Notes: generated by a model not told the origin, from the sequence alone. DNA of 45,100 nucleotides from Pseudobdellovibrionaceae bacterium (GCA_039810425.1 JBDHWW010000024.1:1-45100), one strand, 5' to 3'; shown: positions 18,554-29,477, counted from the stretch's first letter. Translations and numbers: made by a program.

Positions 18554-19939
18554 TTAACGCATCTTCATTAAAAGACCAAGAATTTGTAACAACATCCCGA
18601 CAATGATGAATCCGGGCGCATACCAACGCAAAACCCATTTCCAGTGCGGGTACATGGAGTAGCTCACGAAACGATCTTTGGCGATGAACTGAGTTTCTTT
18701 TTCTTTCTCACTCATGCCATAGTTAATACTGAGCAAGAGTCCGAGCGCGATCACCGGAAGAATCCAGTTGATCAGTAAAGAGTCCATGGACTCCATAATG
18801 CCTTTGCCAAAGAACCGAACGTCCCGGAACATGGAGCTGGAAAAAGATGGAATCATTGCCAGTGCGAGCGCAAAAGCTCCCGTGATCCACGAAGCTTTAT
18901 TGCGGTTTAACTTCATTTTCTGGCTGGTACTGTCAACCATGTTAGAAACGATGGTCTCCATCAAACCGATACTCGCGTTCAGTGCCGCAAGGTATAAGCA
19001 ACTAAAGAACAACAACCCGAAAAGCAACCCGCCACGGAAGTCCAGAAAAAAGCGCGGCAAAGTTTCAAACAAAAGTGCTGGATCCGTGAGCGGCACATTC
19101 GATGCCTGAAACGCAATCGGGAATACCAGCAAGACCGCGATCAGCGAGATCCCTGTATCCACCAGAGTCACGCGAAAGCCCGCCGTGGGAACATGATCTT
19201 CATCCTTCATATAACTTCCAAAAGTCACAAGTGTTCCAAAGCCCACGGAAAGCGTAAAAAAAACATGACCGACGGCATGGATAATCGAAGAGTAAGTCAG
19301 TTTTGAAAAATCGGGATAAAACAAGAAACGCAAAACTTCTGATTCTGAGGGGAGCGAGGTTGAACGGAAAACCAGGAGCAACACCAAACTCATAAAGAGC
19401 GGCATCATGTAGGTGATAAACTTCTCAAGACCTTCTTGAACGCCTTTACCGACGACAATGATTGTGAGAAGTACGTGCACACTCGCAAGCGCCCACTGCA
19501 ACCATCCATTCTGCATAAGGGTCGCCAGAGACGCCGCCGAATAGTGAACTTCCGTCGACACCACCACTTCCATTAAAAAGCGGCTTAAGAAGTGTAAAAC
19601 CCAACCCGAGATCACGGCGTAGTACGAAAACACGACAAGACTTAATAAAACAGAAAAACGCCCGGCCCAAGCAAAGCCTCTATTTCCGGACTTCCGGGCA
19701 AGCAACTGAGTGGCCATGAGCACACTCTGACGAGTAAATTTACCAAGACTCAGCTCCGCGATCAATAGCGGCAGGCCCACGGTCAACGCCATAAACACGT
19801 ACAGCAAAACAAAGGCTCCGCCCCCGTTTTCGCCGACCACATAAGGAAAACGCCAAAGATTTCCAAGACCACAGGCAGAGCCGATGGCCAAAAGGTAAAA
19901 TCCAAAGCGTGTCCTCCACGAGCCGCGCTTCGCCGCCAT
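18554..19939 (-). CDS. Sodium-dependent transporter (NSS/SNF family)
   Basis: GSACGLGNLWRFPY, NGGGAF, FFTLSVGFG and many TM segments. Confidence 0.93.
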   Translation of the reverse strand: MAAKRGSWRTRFGFYLLAIGSACGLGNLWRFPYVVGENGGGAFVLLYVFMALTVGLPLLIAELSLGKFTRQSVLMATQLLARKSGNRGFAWAGRFSVLLSLVVFSYYAVISGWVLHFLSRFLMEVVVSTEVHYSAASLATLMQNGWLQWALASVHVLLTIIVVGKGVQEGLEKFITYMMPLFMSLVLLLVFRSTSLPSESEVLRFLFYPDFSKLTYSSIIHAVGHVFFTLSVGFGTLVTFGSYMKDEDHVPTAGFRVTLVDTGISLIAVLLVFPIAFQASNVPLTDPALLFETLPRFFLDFRGGLLFGLLFFSCLYLAALNASIGLMETIVSNMVDSTSQKMKLNRNKASWITGAFALALAMIPSFSSSMFRDVRFFGKGIMESMDSLLINWILPVIALGLLLSINYGMSEKEKETQFIAKDRFVSYSMYPHWKWVLRWYAPGFIIVGMLLQILGLLMKMR

Positions 19940-21300
19940 TAAGACCCCTTACGGCTCTTCATACAGAAGATACGGATTGGAATCCCTTGCAGTCCCCAGC
20001 GCTCTTTGATGTTTTTAATCAAGAAGCGGCGGTATGCATTCGTCACCCCTTGTGGATGGTTCGCAAAGGCGATAAATGCCGGCGGCACCTGGTAGGTTTG
20101 CGTAAGGTAATAAAACTTCACATTGTTATTACCGTAAACCGGAGCCGGCGCTTTGCGGATCGTTTCAAAGAAAAACTCATTCAGTTCCGCCGTCGGGATT
20201 TTGCTAAGAAGTTTTTCGCCGACACGCTCTACCTCTTCGTACAGGTCATTCAAACCATGCGACATCTTCGCACTTGTAAACACCACCGGAACATCATCAA
20301 AGAAATGAAACGTGCGTCCAACTTGCTCACGGAAAGTTTTGCGGTATTCAGGAATATCTTTTTGACCAAGGTCTGATTTATTCGCAACCAGAATCACACC
20401 GCGATGATCTTCAAGGATCGCCTGCATAATCTTCGCATCTTGATCCGTAGGACCGATAGTTCCATCCACCACGAGCAATACGAGGTCGGCGCGACGGATC
20501 GCCTCTTGGGATTTGAAAGCGGAAATGATTTCCAAATCGTCTTCCCGGCGAGCGGAGCGGCGCAGGCCGGCGGTGTCGACGAGATAGAATTTTTTATCCT
20601 TCACATAGAACGGAGACTCCACTGAATCAATCGTCGTTCCGGCGATGTCGGAAACAAGCATGCGATTCGTACCCAGGATCGCGTTACTGAGTGAGCTCTT
20701 ACCCACGTTCGGCTTACCCACGATGGCAATACGCAGGCCCTCTTTGATCTCTTCTTTGTGCTCAGGGATTTGCCGAGTCACCCACTCAAGGATGTCTGAA
20801 ACCCCCCGGCGCTGTTCAAACGAAGCCGCGACGATATCCACCCCAAACTCATAAAAATCAACTTTCGCCAACTCTTCATCAGCGACACTGTCGACTTTAT
20901 TAATCACGAGCAGGAAAGGCTTTCCTGTCTGCTTTGCAATGCGGATAATATCACGATCCTCAGGCACCAGCCCCGCACGCCCATCCATCACCGCGACGAT
21001 CAAATCGACGCTATAAAGGAATTCAGAAACCTGTTCACGAATGAGCTTTGAGAACAAGTCACCGGCCTCCGTAATACCGCCGGTATCAATCATATCAAAT
21101 TGCTTGCCCCAGATTTCAACCGGCTCAATCAAAATATCACGAGTCACGCCCGACTGGTTTTTCACCACAGCCTTACGCGTCTCAGTAACAATGTTAAATA
21201 ACGTCGACTTCCCCACATTGGGACGGCCGATGACCGCCACCTTGGGGATACCCATCATGCGACTTTCAACAACATCTTCATTCTTCATTGTTTCGGACAT
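19939..21300 (-). CDS. der: Ribosome biogenesis GTPase Der (EngA)
   Basis: Two G domains (GRPNVGKST, GKPNVGKSS; DTGG, DTAG; NKVD, NKSD) plus KH-like tail. Confidence 0.97.
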   Translation of the reverse strand: MSETMKNEDVVESRMMGIPKVAVIGRPNVGKSTLFNIVTETRKAVVKNQSGVTRDILIEPVEIWGKQFDMIDTGGITEAGDLFSKLIREQVSEFLYSVDLIVAVMDGRAGLVPEDRDIIRIAKQTGKPFLLVINKVDSVADEELAKVDFYEFGVDIVAASFEQRRGVSDILEWVTRQIPEHKEEIKEGLRIAIVGKPNVGKSSLSNAILGTNRMLVSDIAGTTIDSVESPFYVKDKKFYLVDTAGLRRSARREDDLEIISAFKSQEAIRRADLVLLVVDGTIGPTDQDAKIMQAILEDHRGVILVANKSDLGQKDIPEYRKTFREQVGRTFHFFDDVPVVFTSAKMSHGLNDLYEEVERVGEKLLSKIPTAELNEFFFETIRKAPAPVYGNNNVKFYYLTQTYQVPPAFIAFANHPQGVTNAYRRFLIKNIKERWGLQGIPIRIFCMKSRKGS

Positions 21301-22189
21301 ATCCCAACTCCTGCATGATGCGCTTATTGTTAAACCAGTCCGCTTTAAACTGAACCTTCAAATCTAAAAAAACTTTTCCGCCAATGAGCTGCTCGATTTC
21401 TTTACGGGCGGCAGTGCCGATCTCTTTCAAGTTCGCCGCCCCTTTGCCGATCACAATCGCTTTATGATTTTCTTTAGCGACAAGGATCTCAGCATAAATC
21501 TTCGGGCAAGGCTGGGCATCTTCATCAAATTTCAAAATGCGCACTGCCATACTGAAAGGAATCTCTTGATGAATGAACTCAAAGCACTTTTCACGGATTA
21601 CTTCCGCGACGAGATCGCGCACATTATGCGGTGTAAAGAGTTCGATATCATACAACGGTGCCGGGCTCTCAGGCATCAACGTCAGGAATTCAATCAGCAA
21701 AGCCTCACGGTTCTCTTGATCGCCATCGATGTCTTTCGCGGAAACCTGGAAGGCCTTACCGCCAGCTTCCTCGATCATGCGCTTTAAGATCATGATACGA
21801 TGCTGCTTTTCTTCGATATCCGACTTAGTGATGACTCCGGCCCACGGTTTTCCACTGGCAGAAACCATCTTGATAACTTTTTCAGCATCTTCAGGATTCT
21901 TTTCATCAACACTCAAGATTGCAAGCAGCGCATCGGACTGCCCGATCACGTCCTGCGCCTCCTGAGAAAGGAATCCATTTAAGCCTTTGTCAGCTTTGAT
22001 AAGCCCGGGAGCGTCTACGAAAACAATCTGACCCTCATCCGTACTCCAAACCCCCAGTACGCGCCGCCGAGTGGTCTGGGGTTTTTCTGTCACGATAGAA
22101 ACCTTCTCGCGAACGAGATAGTTCATGAGCGTGCTCTTCCCCGCATTTGGCTGACCGATCAGCCCTAAAAATCCTGCTTTATAACTCAT
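21278..22189 (-). CDS. era: GTPase Era
   Basis: GQPNAGKST, KPQTTR, EVIREK, QEIPFS, IVIGKGA, KH domain. Confidence 0.97.
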   Translation of the reverse strand: MSYKAGFLGLIGQPNAGKSTLMNYLVREKVSIVTEKPQTTRRRVLGVWSTDEGQIVFVDAPGLIKADKGLNGFLSQEAQDVIGQSDALLAILSVDEKNPEDAEKVIKMVSASGKPWAGVITKSDIEEKQHRIMILKRMIEEAGGKAFQVSAKDIDGDQENREALLIEFLTLMPESPAPLYDIELFTPHNVRDLVAEVIREKCFEFIHQEIPFSMAVRILKFDEDAQPCPKIYAEILVAKENHKAIVIGKGAANLKEIGTAARKEIEQLIGGKVFLDLKVQFKADWFNNKRIMQELGYVRNNEE

Positions 22190-22878
22190 GTGCCTTTCTC
22201 CTTCGGCAATAATTCGAGAGCTTTTTTCGCCGCTTCTTGTTCAGCGATTTTTTTACTACGTCCTATTCCCGTCGCCAAATTGGTCTCTTTTACGCGGACA
22301 CAAACCGTAAAAGTGCGGTCATGGGGAGGGCCGTCTTCACCGATGATCTCGTAAACCGGCGCCTCTTTCGTTTCTTTCTGCATCATCTCCTGCAGACGAG
22401 TTTTATAATCCTTTTCAAAGTCCTGGGCCGGGTCGATCTCGTCAACAAGCTTTACAAAATCGCGGCGAACGAATTCTCGCGCGGATTCAAAGCCCCCATC
22501 CAGGAAGAGCGCCCCCAAAAGGGCTTCGTATACGGACGCGAGCAAACGCGGTTTCTGAGCGCCGCCCGTCATGGTTTCGCCTTTTCCAAGGTGGAGGTAC
22601 TTGGGCAGGTCCAAAACAGATGACAACTTTGCAAGGACATCTTCATTGACCAGGCTTGCCCGCTTCTTGGAGAGTCCCCCCTCCCCGTCTCCGGGGAAGC
22701 GTTCCATGAGGAACTCACCAAGCACAAGATCCAAGACCGCATCACCCAAGAATTCCAGTTTCTCGTTGTGATCACAGCGCTCACGCAACTCATGCGCAAA
22801 GCTCTTGTGCGTGAGCGCACGCTCCAGTAGTTCGCTTTTCTTAAACTTATATGAAAGCTTCTGTTCTAGATCCGTCAT
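22186..22878 (-). CDS. rnc: Ribonuclease III
   Basis: ALTHKS, NEKLEFLGDAVL and dsRBD (DYKTRLQE, GPPHDRTF, GRSKKIAEQEAA). Confidence 0.97.
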   Translation of the reverse strand: MTDLEQKLSYKFKKSELLERALTHKSFAHELRERCDHNEKLEFLGDAVLDLVLGEFLMERFPGDGEGGLSKKRASLVNEDVLAKLSSVLDLPKYLHLGKGETMTGGAQKPRLLASVYEALLGALFLDGGFESAREFVRRDFVKLVDEIDPAQDFEKDYKTRLQEMMQKETKEAPVYEIIGEDGPPHDRTFTVCVRVKETNLATGIGRSKKIAEQEAAKKALELLPKEKGT

Positions 22879-24197
22879 GAAAGAATCTCCCCGACGAGGT
22901 GTCCTTCCATACGATTCTGAGTGGAGTTTTCGTATTTCAAAATCTTAACATCGACTTCTTGACCGGACCAGTGACTGAGAAATCCATCAGCACCGAGGAT
23001 CTGCACTGGCCAGTAGTCGCGGCTGAGTGCTTGACCGCCCTTGGCTGAGTTCTTAAGTACTAAAACCTTCTTCTGGGTTCCGGCTTGCGCTTTTGCCAGG
23101 GTTTCAAAGCGGTGAAGACTCAGTTCACGCAAACGTGAGGCGCGGCGAACGCGCTCTTCGTTGGGGACGCTCACTCCGTAAGTCACGGCCCGTGTCCCAG
23201 GTCGTTCGCTATACGGAAAGACATGAATCTTCGTCCAAGCAAGATCTGCAAGTGTTAGGTAGGTGTCTTCAAACTGCTCCTGGGTCTCTGTGGGAAAACC
23301 CGCAATGACATCCATACCGACAAAGGCATTCTTCACGCGCTTGTCGATTTGGCTGAGCGCCCGCGTAACGTCGCTTTGCGTGTACTTACGCTTCATCTTA
23401 TCCAACACATCCGTATTCGCGCTTTGGATGCTCATGTGGAAATGCGGGCACATTTTGTCATCTTGATAGAGATCCAGCAATCGTTCTGAAAGCTCTACCG
23501 GCTCCAAAGATGACAAACGAAAACGTGGCATTTTGGTTTTTACCAAAAGTTGTTCAATCAGATCCTCGAGCACGAACTTCCTACCAAACTTCTCGTCTTC
23601 ATAGTCGCCAATGTGAACACCGGTCAAAACCGCTTCACGGACACCTTCCGCATAAAGATCGTTGACGCGGGCGATGAGGTCCGCCACAGGAATGCTGCGC
23701 GATTTGCCACGAGCGTAGGGAATAATGCAGTAAGTACAGAAACTGTTGCAGCCGTCTTGGATTTTTAAGAATGTGCGTGTGTGGGATTTCTCAATCCCGC
23801 CACCCATTTCAAGATCTTCTTTCTTGAAGATGTTGGATTTAAAGACCTTCTCGGTGAGATCGCCCTTAAAATATTTATTGAGAAGCTCAGGCAACCGACC
23901 TTTGTGGGAATTAGCCACCACCAGATCCGCTCCAGGAAGATTCTCAAACGAACCGGTATCAACTTGGGCCGCACAGCCGGTCACGACCACCGTACAGAAC
24001 GGATCGCGCACTTTCAGGCGGCGAATGTATCTCACCGCTTCCTTAGTTGCTTCCGCCGTCACCGCGCACGTGTTGAGCACGTGAATACGTGACTCGCCAT
24101 CTTGGTGAGCAAAGCCATTGTTTTGCAGGTTCTTTTGCAAGAGCCCCGCATCGTAAGTGTTCACTTTGCAACCAAAAGTATGAACCTTGAATTTCAT
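22875..24197 (-). CDS. mtaB: tRNA t6A37 methylthiotransferase MtaB (radical SAM)
   Basis: TFGCKVN, NTCAVT, VTGCAAQ, KIQDGCNSFCTYCIIP, HVFPYSERPGT. Start taken at MKFKVH (24197); the ORF is open to 24221. Confidence 0.92.
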   Translation of the reverse strand: MKFKVHTFGCKVNTYDAGLLQKNLQNNGFAHQDGESRIHVLNTCAVTAEATKEAVRYIRRLKVRDPFCTVVVTGCAAQVDTGSFENLPGADLVVANSHKGRLPELLNKYFKGDLTEKVFKSNIFKKEDLEMGGGIEKSHTRTFLKIQDGCNSFCTYCIIPYARGKSRSIPVADLIARVNDLYAEGVREAVLTGVHIGDYEDEKFGRKFVLEDLIEQLLVKTKMPRFRLSSLEPVELSERLLDLYQDDKMCPHFHMSIQSANTDVLDKMKRKYTQSDVTRALSQIDKRVKNAFVGMDVIAGFPTETQEQFEDTYLTLADLAWTKIHVFPYSERPGTRAVTYGVSVPNEERVRRASRLRELSLHRFETLAKAQAGTQKKVLVLKNSAKGGQALSRDYWPVQILGADGFLSHWSGQEVDVKILKYENSTQNRMEGHLVGEILS

Positions 24198-24205
24198 GGA
24201 ATTGT

Positions 24206-25288
24206 CTACAGAGTGATCCATCCGCCTCCCACGAGTTGTTTATCACGATAGAAAACCGCTGCTTGCCCCGGAGTGATCGCACGCTGTGGGTTTTTAAATT
24301 TTACCTTAAAGCCCGTCGGCGTCCTGAACACCCGCGCCGGATAGCCTTTTGTCGAGTAGCGGATCTTGACGTTCATTTCTTCCCCGTCCTGGACGTCCGA
24401 AAGAAGTTTTGGTTCAATCACGTCCACTTCGCTGGCAAAAAGATATTGCTCATCACCGATCCAAACCGTGTTGGTATCCGCTTCGATTTTTAGAACGAAC
24501 ATCTTTTCATGATGATCAATTCCCAAACCTTTAGATTGGCCAATTGTGAATGTGTGGATCCCGTTGTGACGGCCCATAACCTCACCGTTTGGATGGCGCT
24601 TTAAAAAACCTTTTTTAGAATCAAGGACTGTTTTATCGACCTGTGAAGCGATAAAGTTGTCATAACCCCGCCCCCCCACAAAGCAAATACCAACCGAGTC
24701 TTTTTTGCGGGCATTTAATAAACCCACCTTTTCCGCGTAAGCCCGTACTTCCGGCTTTTTCATATGGCCAATCGGGAATAATAATTTCGATACGATCTCG
24801 GGATCAATCGTAAACAGGAAGTAAGTCTGGTCCTTCCAGTCGTCCGCGCTCGTTTGGATGTGCGATTTACCGCTTTCATCTTGAACGATCCGGGCATAGT
24901 GCCCTGTCGCCAAGTAGTCACACTCAAGCTCTTTCATTTTACGAATCAAGTGGTCAAACTTCAGATACGTATTGCAGTTCACACACGGAAGTGGTGTCTG
25001 GCCGTCAAGATAGGCCTTCAAAAAAGGTTCAATAACCGCCGCACGGAACTTTGCTTCGCAATTTAAAACATAAAATGGAATCCCCAGACGATCCGCCACA
25101 TCGCGGGCATCGTCCACGTCAATACTCGAGCAACAAGTGCCGTGGCCCTCTTCGATATCGCAGGTGGTGTAATCCCACACTTGCATCGTTGCACCCACAA
25201 CTTCATAACCTTGCTCCACTAACAGGGCCGCAGCCGCAGAGCTGTCAACGCCCCCACTCATGGCAACAAGCACGCGTCCTTTAGACAT
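24206..25288 (-). CDS. mnmA: tRNA 2-thiouridine(34) synthase MnmA
   Basis: [46 protein letters not shown]. Confidence 0.97.
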   Translation of the reverse strand: MSKGRVLVAMSGGVDSSAAAALLVEQGYEVVGATMQVWDYTTCDIEEGHGTCCSSIDVDDARDVADRLGIPFYVLNCEAKFRAAVIEPFLKAYLDGQTPLPCVNCNTYLKFDHLIRKMKELECDYLATGHYARIVQDESGKSHIQTSADDWKDQTYFLFTIDPEIVSKLLFPIGHMKKPEVRAYAEKVGLLNARKKDSVGICFVGGRGYDNFIASQVDKTVLDSKKGFLKRHPNGEVMGRHNGIHTFTIGQSKGLGIDHHEKMFVLKIEADTNTVWIGDEQYLFASEVDVIEPKLLSDVQDGEEMNVKIRYSTKGYPARVFRTPTGFKVKFKNPQRAITPGQAAVFYRDKQLVGGGWITL

Positions 25289-26501
25289 GCTTCACCTCTG
25301 ACTCTGACTCCGCTTCAATCTTGCGGAGTCTTTCAACAACAGCTTTCAAAGTTTCAACAAATTCATCCACCTGGGTCAGGCTATTCCCCCAACCAAGACT
25401 GACACGCAGACTGCTCTGCGCCTCTTGACGGGAAAGGCCCATCGCCAGAAGGACCGGGCTTGGTTCGGGATTGCCACTGCTACAAGCGGCGCCCGTGCTG
25501 ACGGCATAGCCTTTGATATCGAGGCTCATCAGCATCGTTTCGCCGTCGACACCGGGGATTACCAAGCTTGAAGTGTTTGGCAAACGCGGGCCTTCACCGG
25601 CCGTCACGACCGCTCCCAAGATTTCCGCAAGAATTCTTTTTTCCATATGGTCACGGAGCTCACCCACGGTCTTTGCGTGCTTAGCCACTTCCGGAAGCTT
25701 CTCAGCCATCACGCCAAGGCAAGCAATACCAAGCACGTTCTCCGTGCCTCCGCGGCGATGACGTTCTTGTGCGCCTCCATCAATCAATGAAGCAAAGTGA
25801 GAACCACGTCTTGAGAAAATGAAACCGCTCCCTTTGAGGGAGTAGAACTTGTGTCCGGAAAACGAAGCAAAGTCCACGCCGAGCGCTTGCAGGTCCACCG
25901 GCACTTTGCCGAAAGCTTGCACGCAGTCTGAATGAAAGAGCGCGCCTTTCTCGTGCGCAAGCTTTGCCATTTCAGCCACCGGAAAGACCGTGCCGGTTTC
26001 ATTATTCGCAAACATCACGGAAACCAACGCTGTTTCTTCGGTGAGATGGGTGCGGTAAAAATCCAAGTCGAGCTGGCCCTGGCGATTCACGGGAATGAAA
26101 TCCACCCGTGCGCCCAGAGCCTTTAAGTGGGCCATCGTTTTGATAATGCTGGGATGCTCGACTTCCGAGCACAGGTAATGCGTACGGCGCGCAAGCTGCG
26201 GCTTCACCACCATCGTTTGGTAATGATCAAAAAGGCCCTTCAATACTGTGTTGTTGGATTCAGAGCCGCCGCTTGTGAAGACAATCTCCAGCGGATGGCA
26301 GCCGAGATTTTTAGCGAGCACCTGACGAGTGTCGCGCAGAATATTCTTAGGCTGACGTCCAGCCCAGTGTATCGAGCTGGGATTTCCCCAAGCATGAAGG
26401 AGCCCAGGCACTGCCGCGATAACGTCATCACTCACCGGAGTGGTGGCGTTATGATCAAAGTAGTTTGCTTTGAGTGAGTAGAGCGTGCGGATTTCATCCA
26501 T
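25281..26501 (-). CDS. iscS: Cysteine desulfurase (IscS/NifS group I)
   Basis: [31 protein letters not shown] (PLP Lys), STGAACSSG. Start uncertain; ATG 26501 chosen over 26570. Confidence 0.9.
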   Translation of the reverse strand: MDEIRTLYSLKANYFDHNATTPVSDDVIAAVPGLLHAWGNPSSIHWAGRQPKNILRDTRQVLAKNLGCHPLEIVFTSGGSESNNTVLKGLFDHYQTMVVKPQLARRTHYLCSEVEHPSIIKTMAHLKALGARVDFIPVNRQGQLDLDFYRTHLTEETALVSVMFANNETGTVFPVAEMAKLAHEKGALFHSDCVQAFGKVPVDLQALGVDFASFSGHKFYSLKGSGFIFSRRGSHFASLIDGGAQERHRRGGTENVLGIACLGVMAEKLPEVAKHAKTVGELRDHMEKRILAEILGAVVTAGEGPRLPNTSSLVIPGVDGETMLMSLDIKGYAVSTGAACSSGNPEPSPVLLAMGLSRQEAQSSLRVSLGWGNSLTQVDEFVETLKAVVERLRKIEAESESEVKHV

Positions 26502-26701
26502 AGAGTGCCGGACCTTACCACAAAGTGAAATTCCAGAAAACATATAAGATCTTAATAATTTACGAAGCACCTCGATCCTTATATGACGTCCTACCGTTAA
26601 AGTTTCGTTCTTTTTGTCGGAGTTTTAGACAGTAAAAAATACAGACTCCTCGTGGAGTAAATAAAACTAGACCTCTTGAGGGCGCTTTCCTCTAGAAAGC
26701 C

Positions 26702-26730
26702 TTAAGGAATTTCATCACTTAGGCCGATAA
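26702..26730 (+). promoter_or_regulatory. Putative sigma28 (FliA) promoter
   Basis: Perfect GCCGATAA (26723-26730) with TTAAGG (26702-26707) 15 nt upstream. Confidence 0.6.
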
Positions 26731-26739
26731 ATGAACTGT

Positions 26740-28239
26740 ATGACTAAAGTCAATTGGCAGGATCATTTTACGAGCGCGAAACAAGAGGCGGCGAATCTTT
26801 ACTCCAAAGACTCCACCAATGTTTCGCTTTTGATGTTTTGTTTACGTTCCAAGCTGATTCCAGCGGCGGAATATCTCGAATGGGCAAAGGAAAATTTTCA
26901 AATTCCTGTCCTGTCTGAGAAGTTTTTCCAGAGCCACAAACCCCAAGCCGAACTGTACAAGAAATGGCAGAATATCCACAAATGGTCTAATGAGTGCCTG
27001 CCGATTGCCGAGTGGGATGGGGTTTTGATCATCGCCTGCCTCGAAATTCCCGAGGATTATGGCAACGTCAATCCAACCACTTTCGTTTTAACTTCACACG
27101 AATTTTTGGACCAGACATGGGCCCTTTACAACAAGTCTGAAAAATCACCGGCTGCCACGGGGAATGCCTTTGCCGATATGACTGCCCTTGCCGCCACTGT
27201 TATTGACAAGCCTGGCGATGAAGAAAATCTTTTTGGTAATAACGGCGAACTCATCTTGAAAGACGATTCTTCCTCTGAAGAAGAAGGCTCCACCGGCGCA
27301 CAGGACGAACAGTCTTCTGGCGAAAAACCAGAAGACATGGAAGTTTCCGCCAGCGAAGAAGCCTCGGGAATGCCCGAAGGCCTCGTGGGCGACTCTCCCG
27401 CTCCCAAAATGGAGGCCCTCTCGAATTTCGCAAAACCAGAACCGGTCGCACTTCAGCCGATGAGCGCAGAAATCTCGCGTGAACTGAACGCAAAGATTGA
27501 GGCCGCGGCGGTGGAAGACGTTCCCGTGACGGTGGAACTGCCAAAAAAAGGGCCGCGCACGAGCGTGCCTTTAATGGCAAACATCATGGAAAAAGAGAAG
27601 GTCGGCAGTGTTGCTGCCCTTGATGATATGGAAAAAATCGACGATCACGAGGTGGAGTTCCCGAACAAAAAACAAATCACTCCGATAGCGAGCGTTTCAA
27701 CGGGTGAATTCCCGTCTGTTCCGGTAAAGCCAACAATGAATCCGGCGGACTCCGCGGCCTATTTCCTCGAAAAAATGCGTAAACAAGCCCAAAATCAATT
27801 CGACAGCGACGTGATCTCAAGTTTCCAGGAGCTAAAAACATTTTTTAAAAAATCAATGCTACTTGCGATTGGCGAAAAAGACACTCTGGTAAAACCGATT
27901 CTTTGGGACTCCGGCTTTGACGTCAAGACGCCGGCGGCTCCTGAATTTAATTTAAAAACTCCGAGCATCTTCAAAGTCGTTTCCGGAACGCAAAAGCCCT
28001 ATCACGGCTATGTCGTTCCGAACGATTTGAACGAATCTTTCTTTGAGTCCTGGAACCATGGCCAAATCCCCGACCACGTGACCATCGTGCCGTTGATGGA
28101 TGGGGATATTTTGATCGGTATGATCATGGGTTTTGGTGAAAAATCCACCTACAACAAGAGTGTTCTGCAATTCACAGAGAATGTCGCCAAGGGCCTTTCC
28201 ACGAAACTCCTCAAAGGCCCAACGGCGAAAGTGGCGTAG
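26740..28239 (+). CDS. Hypothetical protein: GspE/PilB N-terminal-like domain, acidic linker, GAF-like C-terminal domain
   Basis: YLEWAKENFQIPVL...CLPIAEWDGVLIIAC resembles T2SSE_N; long D/E/S/P-rich linker; SIFKVV...PYHG...VTIVPLMDGDILIGMIMG is GAF-like. No Walker A motif. ATG 26740 preferred over 26731 because of the promoter position. Confidence 0.6.
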   Translation: MTKVNWQDHFTSAKQEAANLYSKDSTNVSLLMFCLRSKLIPAAEYLEWAKENFQIPVLSEKFFQSHKPQAELYKKWQNIHKWSNECLPIAEWDGVLIIACLEIPEDYGNVNPTTFVLTSHEFLDQTWALYNKSEKSPAATGNAFADMTALAATVIDKPGDEENLFGNNGELILKDDSSSEEEGSTGAQDEQSSGEKPEDMEVSASEEASGMPEGLVGDSPAPKMEALSNFAKPEPVALQPMSAEISRELNAKIEAAAVEDVPVTVELPKKGPRTSVPLMANIMEKEKVGSVAALDDMEKIDDHEVEFPNKKQITPIASVSTGEFPSVPVKPTMNPADSAAYFLEKMRKQAQNQFDSDVISSFQELKTFFKKSMLLAIGEKDTLVKPILWDSGFDVKTPAAPEFNLKTPSIFKVVSGTQKPYHGYVVPNDLNESFFESWNHGQIPDHVTIVPLMDGDILIGMIMGFGEKSTYNKSVLQFTENVAKGLSTKLLKGPTAKVA

Positions 28240-28294
28240 AGCAGAGGGTTGAAACCGCAAGCCCGCCTCCGCAAAGCTTAAAGCCTCGATAGCC

Positions 28295-28747
28295 CTAAAC
28301 TTGCGCCGAGACCGTGAGATTTCTTTCGTTCGGGGCGGCGAGCTTTTCGATCGTCACACGGATTTTGTACCAATTGAGCGGCAATAAATCCTGATTCAAA
28401 CGGTCTGACCACTCGATCACGATCAAACCTTTTTTAGATCCGAAAAGATCCCAAAAACCCGTGCTTTCAAGATCGTCTTCGCTTTCTAAACGATAAAGAT
28501 CGACGTGATCCATCGAGACATCGCGGTTTTTATAGTGATGATGAATAGCAAATGACGGGGAGGCTGTTTCCTGAATTCCCAAGCAGTCCGCCAGAGCTTT
28601 TACAAGCTCGGTCTTTCCCGCCCCGACAGGACCTTCTAAAAGCAACAAACTGCGTTCTTTAAAAAGTTTCAGCAGCTCTAAGGAGACGACACCAAGGTCT
28701 TTCGGCGACTTCGTATGAAACTTCTTTACGACCTTGTAATTCGTCAT
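28295..28747 (-). CDS. tsaE: tRNA t6A biosynthesis ATPase TsaE
   Basis: LEGPVGAGKT, SPSF, HVDLYRL, IEW; ATG 28747 directly follows the pdxJ stop. Confidence 0.93.
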   Translation of the reverse strand: MTNYKVVKKFHTKSPKDLGVVSLELLKLFKERSLLLLEGPVGAGKTELVKALADCLGIQETASPSFAIHHHYKNRDVSMDHVDLYRLESEDDLESTGFWDLFGSKKGLIVIEWSDRLNQDLLPLNWYKIRVTIEKLAAPNERNLTVSAQV

Positions 28748-28748
28748 T

Positions 28749-29477
28749 TTATCCCCTAAGAATGCCACTCATCTTGCGAACAGACTTTTCAAGGCCCTCT
28801 TCAAGGGCATAGCAGATTAACGAGTGGCCGATATTCACTTCACGCAAATACGGTAATTTTTTAATGAGCTTGGTATGATGATAATCCAAACCGTGACCGG
28901 CATGGACCCCCAAACCAAACGCATGAGCCAAGTGAGCCGCCTTCACAAGACGCTCCCATTCTTTTTGTTTTTTCGCGCCCTTTAACAACACCCAGTGGCC
29001 CGTGTGAAACTCCACAGCGTCAGCACCAAGATTGTAACTGGCTTCGACTTGCGCCAAGGACGGATCAATGAACATCGAGATTTCAATTCCGCGCATTTGC
29101 ATCTTCTCAACCATCGGCCTCATTTTTTTTAAACCTTTAACCACATTGAGACCGCCTTCCGTGGTCAACTCCGCACGTTTTTCCGGCACAAGACAAACCC
29201 ATTCGGGCTTGTATTTACGAGCTAACCGAACCATATCGTCGGTTGCCGCCATCTCAAGATTCAAAGGCACCGGGCAACTTTTGGAGAGCAGCGCCAGATC
29301 CTGCAATTGAATATGACGGCGGTCTTCGCGAAGGTGTATAGTGATTTGCCCAGCGCCCCCTTTCACGGACCTTTTTACCATTTCCAACACAGACGGATAA
29401 GCAGTCGTTCCACCGCGAACCTGACGAAGGGTGGCCACATGATCGACATTCACGCCAAGACGGATTTTATTTTTCAT
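28749..29477 (-). CDS. pdxJ: Pyridoxine 5'-phosphate synthase
   Basis: LGVNVDHVATLRQ, HLREDRRHI, LNLEMA, LTTEGGL, HAGHGL, EVNIGH. Confidence 0.97.
   Translation of the reverse strand: MKNKIRLGVNVDHVATLRQVRGGTTAYPSVLEMVKRSVKGGAGQITIHLREDRRHIQLQDLALLSKSCPVPLNLEMAATDDMVRLARKYKPEWVCLVPEKRAELTTEGGLNVVKGLKKMRPMVEKMQMRGIEISMFIDPSLAQVEASYNLGADAVEFHTGHWVLLKGAKKQKEWERLVKAAHLAHAFGLGVHAGHGLDYHHTKLIKKLPYLREVNIGHSLICYALEEGLEKSVRKMSGILRG

Noticed and set aside
27396..27404. TCCCGCTCC match to the tRNA-Gly 3' end as a possible att site
   Set aside because: Only 9 bp, inside a coding region and on the wrong side of the tRNA; expected by chance.
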